Below are positions 58,831 to 64,000 of a DNA stretch of 64,000 bases, in pieces; the stretch's first letter is position 1; each line of letters begins with the position of its first letter. A model generated the notes under the pieces. That model was not told where the DNA came from. It was given only the letters and a program-made list of their open reading frames with translations, and made no database searches. The DNA lies in NCBI RefSeq assembly GCF_009914755.1, contig NC_060926.1; one strand, 5' to 3'. Source of the DNA: the human T2T-CHM13v2.0 reference genome, Homo sapiens. A program made the translations under genes and the position numbers.

Positions 58831-60041
58831 ATGAGCTTAGGGGCAAAAGGTGTACACTATGTTATTTTTACCTTCTGGTGATTGCCTTATTCTCTACACT
58901 GGGGCTTAGAGGAAAATAAATAGGGAGCTCATTCAATTAAATGAGACCAAGCAGCTCCAGGAAGGTGATCACCAATAGGTCCAGCATCTTCCTTTAGGGT
59001 ACTTCACAAATTACGGCACCCCACTTTGACATTCATTCACTCATGAAAAAACCAGATAATTTGGGGGTGGACAATTTTGTCTCTGCCAGTTTTACAGGTG
59101 TTATGATTTTCTAAACAGCAGCAAGTCTCCCAGTATTTAGGAACATTTTATCTTGTTGGTATGAAAAGAATTGGTTTCAGTGACAAGCCCCTAAATGCTC
59201 TAATATTTTGTGCACAGTAGAAATGCTAAAGAAGCGAGCCTTTCAAAGTCAGCTCTGTATTAAACAGATCTACATACATGTTTCAGTTCAGAAACTTGGA
59301 ATATGGGGCAAATAAGATGGAAGTTTTACTTGTTGCATGAATTAACACTTCCAATACAGACAAACTCCATTTCAGGGTTACAGGCTGTGTCTCTAACCCA
59401 GTTGCAAGTAGTTCTGGGTCCCTGTTTTGTTAACTGTAAAATGGAAATTTGCCTAGATCAGGTATGGCAGGTAGTTTTTACCTGGAGTACCAGTTGATTG
59501 GAAGTGGATGCCTTAAATGCTCTACTAGAAATTTTGAGATGCATTCTATGCTTCATGGGAAAGGACATTCCATGGAGTAGTGATGTCTCCCATGGGGAGA
59601 AAAGAACAGGGTAAAATATGTTATTTATTATCCTTGTACTATATTATTTTTAAAGTTCTTTTTTGCTCTAAGATTCAATAAGAACTTAGCCAAAAGGAAA
59701 GGGGAAAAAAGGGTAACTCATATTGTTCATATCAATACTCTTGAGAGAACAATACCTAGCTGAAGTTTTGTTCCCCTAGCTAGTTGGAGAAGAATGTGAT
59801 TGGTTAATGTATGGTTCACGATGCTCCAGTTTATGAAAGTCTGAGGCCTACGGGTGGTCAGTGGTTTATAGATAACAGGGGCAAATACTATCAGCAGACT
59901 GAAAGTTCCTTCACTTAAGATGAAGCTTTAAATTCACCAGTCAAGGTTCTGGGCATTTGGCTCCAAATTCATTTGCCAATAATCATCTGAATATATTGTA
60001 TCTGTTCTGACTTCCCAAATTTTAAAAAAGTACTTCTTGTG

Positions 60042-60042
<1 letters not shown>

Positions 60043-60076
<34 letters not shown>
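60043..60076. repeat. T34 mononucleotide run
   Basis: 34 uninterrupted T. Confidence 0.97.
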
Positions 60077-60078
<2 letters not shown>

Positions 60079-61067
60079 TACTTTGGTGTTTTTAACATTT
60101 CTTACATGGAACTTCTAAATCAGGACACAAATAACCTTTAATGATCTTGCCATTATTCAATCTGTAGTTAAATGTCATGTTCCCTAACAAACTATAAAAT
60201 TAATCTCTTTAACATTTTGCTTGGACTATCAATGGTAAAGTTAATTGTAACTTGTCTTCTTTGAAGGTTAATAATCCATACAATTATCTGTGTACTAAAC
60301 GATGTACTCAGGCATAGCTGATCAAAGTTAAGAACTCTGGAATGCTTTATCTTAGAAAGTTACATTAAATATTGTAAACACGTGAGTTCAGATGCTCCCT
60401 TTCATATGTTAAACATGGACTGCACTTAATTTTTCCTAATAACCTTTTCATGACATGTACCTTATTAACATTATAAAGGATGAACGGTTTGTAGCATTTC
60501 CATTCATGTTCTCTGACAAATGGATTAATGTCAATTTTAAGAATAAAAGTGAAAGTAGTTTAGTTGTGAGATAAAAAGAAATTATTACAAAATGTTATAA
60601 ACCAGACATAAGAATTTGAATGCTATAAGTCTCACTGGGAGAGGAACTGGAAGTTGAAATGTCCTTTTGGATATTAGGGTCCTTGCAGAGGAGGGGGGTG
60701 GAGTCAGAGTTGGAGAGGACCCACATAGGAGAATCTATTAGGATATTTTGTAATAAAATGCAATTTCATTCTGTTTTACTACATACTTTCAAATGGGTGA
60801 GGGAAAAGATCCAGTAAGTTTGGTTAGAGGTGAGTTGGGGGCCTAGAAAGAAATTTGCAATAGGTGTCTCCCGAGTGAGAGCCAAACCACAACAGATGAG
60901 AGGCAGAAGGTATACAGCTTCAGGGCCTAGATGAACTGGAAGGTTGTTTAACAAGTTCATCCAAGAAAGTCTGAGGCATGGTGGCTGATGGGAAAATCCA
61001 AACCATGTTTGAAATTCCACCAAGGTTAGAGATCTGAGGAAGGTGCTAAATATTAAGTTCTCTCCAC

Positions 61068-61413
61068 AGCCTACAAAACCTTAACTAATTTGGCCTCTGC
61101 TACTTTTTAAACTTTGTTTTCTTCTCTTTTTCTCACTCACTGAAATTGAGCCACCTCTCTGTTCCTAAATACACCAAGTCCATCGCTGCCATCACAGGGC
61201 CTTTGCACATCTGTTTCCTCTGCCTAGACCTTCACTGGAATCACTGCTTCACTTTATTCAGGTCTCTGCTAACACTCTGTTTTTCAAAAGAACCTCCCTA
61301 ACGACTTTATCTATAATATTCCAATACTAGTTATCCATTTTTTTCTGAAGTTTTTATAACTCCTATGATCATTTCATATTATATTGAACTGTGGTTTTGT
61401 ATCAATGAATAAA
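61068..61413 (+). mobile_element. L2 fragment
   Basis: ctgttcctaaatacaccaag...cagggcctttgcacatctgtttcctctgcctaga...ttcaggtctctgcta. Confidence 0.75.
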
Positions 61414-61543
61414 CAGAGGCCAGTAAAGGGGAAATAAGCAGTAAAGGTAAAAGCTGAAAATATCAAAAGCCATTCTAGATATTACAAAATGTCATAAGAC
61501 AAAGGGATTGAGTCAGTCTTTCAGAATTAAGACGTAAAAATGT

Positions 61544-61583
61544 GAGGAGGAGGAGGAGGAGGAGGGTGAGGAGGAGGAGGAGG
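61544..61583. repeat. Interrupted (GAG)n repeat
   Basis: gaggaggaggaggaggaggagggtgaggaggaggaggagg. Confidence 0.9.
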
Positions 61584-62209
61584 TTGAGCTGGAGGACTTT
61601 TTTTTTTTTTTGGTAATGTTTCTGCAGAATAACATTGAGTTTAGTTTGGAATCACAGCAGGGACTACACAGGGTTGGACTAGTCCAGCATCATACTGAGG
61701 AGATACTTTCAGAACCAAACAGGTGAAGATTACGAGTTGGAGATTGAGTTTTGGCAACAATTCTTTGATTTTTGAGGTGTAGGGTCACTAGTTTTCATTT
61801 ATCCTGAGTTCTAGGACTCAAAAATATAAATAAAGTGAACTATAGATATTGCTGGTACAACATGTATGCCAGATTATAATTAGACCTTGAGATATATAGA
61901 TTGCAAGAAGATAAATTATGACCCAATAAAATAAAATATGGTGGTTTTTATAATTTATTTTTAATTTAAAAAATCTGTTTTCTGTGAGGGTATTAATGTT
62001 GTTCCCTCATTCTCATTTGTTCTTAAATTTGCTGAGTTTTGAAAGATTGTTTTTGGTTCCATATAAATACTATACTTTTATTATATGGCAAAGCATTTCT
62101 GTTGTATATTTTCAAAATTTTATTGAAAGGTGCAAAAAGTGGTTGTGAGAATATTATTCTTGCTTTCTTCAAGAAATATAACAGAACAGTTTCTAAAAAA
62201 CAAGTAAAA

Positions 62210-62285
62210 GCTGGGTATGGTGGCACACACCTCTTATCCCAGCTACTCAGGAGGCTGAGATGGGAGGATCACTTGAGCCCAGAAA
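62210..62285 (+). mobile_element. Alu monomer fragment (FAM/FRAM/AluJ-like)
   Basis: gctgggtatggtggcacacacc...cccagctactcaggaggctgagatgggaggatcacttgagcccag. Confidence 0.85.
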
Positions 62286-63059
62286 GAAGCATAGCCCAAA
62301 GAACTGGACATAAAAGGAAAAGAAACAAGAAATAAGTAAACTATCAGCTTTCAGAAAACATCCTATCTACTTTAAACTACTTTTTTTTTCCATTTTATAT
62401 GTGATATGTGCTTGAACACTGTCCTCAGTGTATTCTCCTCCAAGAATGGAAAGATTTAGCTCCAAAATTCAAAGGCTAGCTTACTATACCTTAATAAACT
62501 TTACTAGTATTACATTTAAAAACATATAAAATATTTGCAGTATTGTTTTCATTTGTTATAGATGGTAGACAAATACCTAATTGTGTTTAAATATACACCT
62601 TAAAAATAAAATCTCAATCTGTAATGTACTGCAACTTCAATTACTAAGGAAACATGGTGTTTTAATTGCTCTTTGATTGACATAAAAATATGTTACCAGC
62701 AAACACATTCAAAAAGAGAGTTTACTAACTTAGCTAGAGAAAGTTCTGTTTTATACTAGGAATTCTATCTGAAATTAAATTGATTTAGGAAAAAATTACA
62801 CATTATCCCTAATTATGGCTGTTGGCTTCATTATTTCTTTAAGGAATAAAATTGTTGCTTACACATGGTTAAGTTGCTTTGGTGATGAAAAAGAAGGTAG
62901 TAAGAAGTAGATATGAATATTCTAGAAATTCTACTCTTTGTGCTTTTATTATTTGGCCAGATTTTCAATACGGTTCAATAATGGATTGTTGAGGAGTTCT
63001 AAAATTAAAAAAAATTTAATAATTTTCCATTTGGAAAACTGGCATAGATTTATAGACTA

Positions 63060-63473
63060 TTGCCATTCTACTTAGGTATTCCCACCCAATCCCACGGTTT
63101 CAATGACCTCCTAGGTGTTAAGGATTCCCAGATCCATTTCTTAAGCTCTGATTTCATTCTTAAGCTACGATTTGCATATCAGATTTCCCATTCCACATAT
63201 ACTTTATAGGCAATATACCCCAACTGAGCTCTTTGTTTTCCCCTCTAAATCTCGCCCTCCTTTCTGTATTTCCTATCTTGATGCAAGTGTCCTTAGACAC
63301 CTATTGATTAACAGAAACAGAAGAGCTAATCTGGAGGTCTTCCTCTTCCTCAGTGTTGTCTTACTTCAACTCTATTTATCGTTTTTGATTTAAATTTTTC
63401 TAAATTTTTCATATCCATCCCCTGCTCCCTTTTTTCATACTAAGGCCTTAGCTGACATTTTTCTTGCCCTAGA
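63060..63473 (+). mobile_element. L2 internal fragment
   Basis: cccacggtttcaatgacc...attcccagatc...ccccaactgagctc...cctttctgtatttcctatct...atccatcccctgctc. Confidence 0.6.
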
Positions 63474-64000
63474 AAGGAGGAAAAGAACAATTCCATTGAC
63501 CTGCAAAGCAAGAAAAGTCTATGTTCAAAAGAAGAAAGAAATATTAAAAACTGGATTTTTTAGTATACAAAAGTGAGTACTGTTAAATAGCTAAAAATAT
63601 TGTATTTCATCTACTTGTATTCAACATTAATAGTACATTAGGGAAAATAACTTCAAATGCTTATTAATTATTTCATAAATGAGTCCTAAAAATCTCGTCA
63701 ATGAGATTATAAATTATTGAGGTGATAGACAATCATTTTTCTCCCCACTGGAAAACAGAAAAATATCTACTCTTACATTAACCTGAAATGAGAACTGTGA
63801 AGAGGAAATGTGTTTTAGAAGCTTCTTTAAGACAGATTGAAAGTGTGCAGACATGCCAATCTTTCTTCATCCTGTAGTGGAAATGAATGAAGTTCAACAC
63901 AGGTTTTCCACATACCTAAATTACTACTAGGTTTCTTGGGCTGAGCATGGAAAGAAAGCTAAAACAGCATTAATTACTGTCACAGACTACATGTTAGGCT

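Overview
AT-rich primate (most likely human or great-ape) intronic or intergenic DNA. I found no host protein-coding exon, RNA gene, CpG island or CRISPR array. Every long ORF is LINE-1 ORF2. The window is a layered fossil record of transposons: L3/CR1, L2, MIR, MLT1/MST/THE1 and LTR33-like LTRs, Tigger and hAT MITEs, L1MA, L1PA, and AluJ/S/Y. Repeat subfamily calls are by eye from remembered consensus sequences and need RepeatMasker/Dfam confirmation. I found no evidence for a new multi-gene system. The most interesting signals are: (1) a probable L1 3' transduction at 818-900, with its own AATAAA, a second tail and displaced TSDs; (2) an isolated 79-nt near-perfect hairpin at 16330-16408 that resembles a pre-miRNA; (3) a twin-primed L1PA2/3 at 27543-31720 whose inversion junction rebuilds a uORF, 63-nt spacer and 537-aa ORF2 arrangement on the minus strand; (4) a dense AP-1/ARE plus paired-GATA motif cluster at about 41110-41340; and (5) a close inverted AluY pair at 16834-17751.
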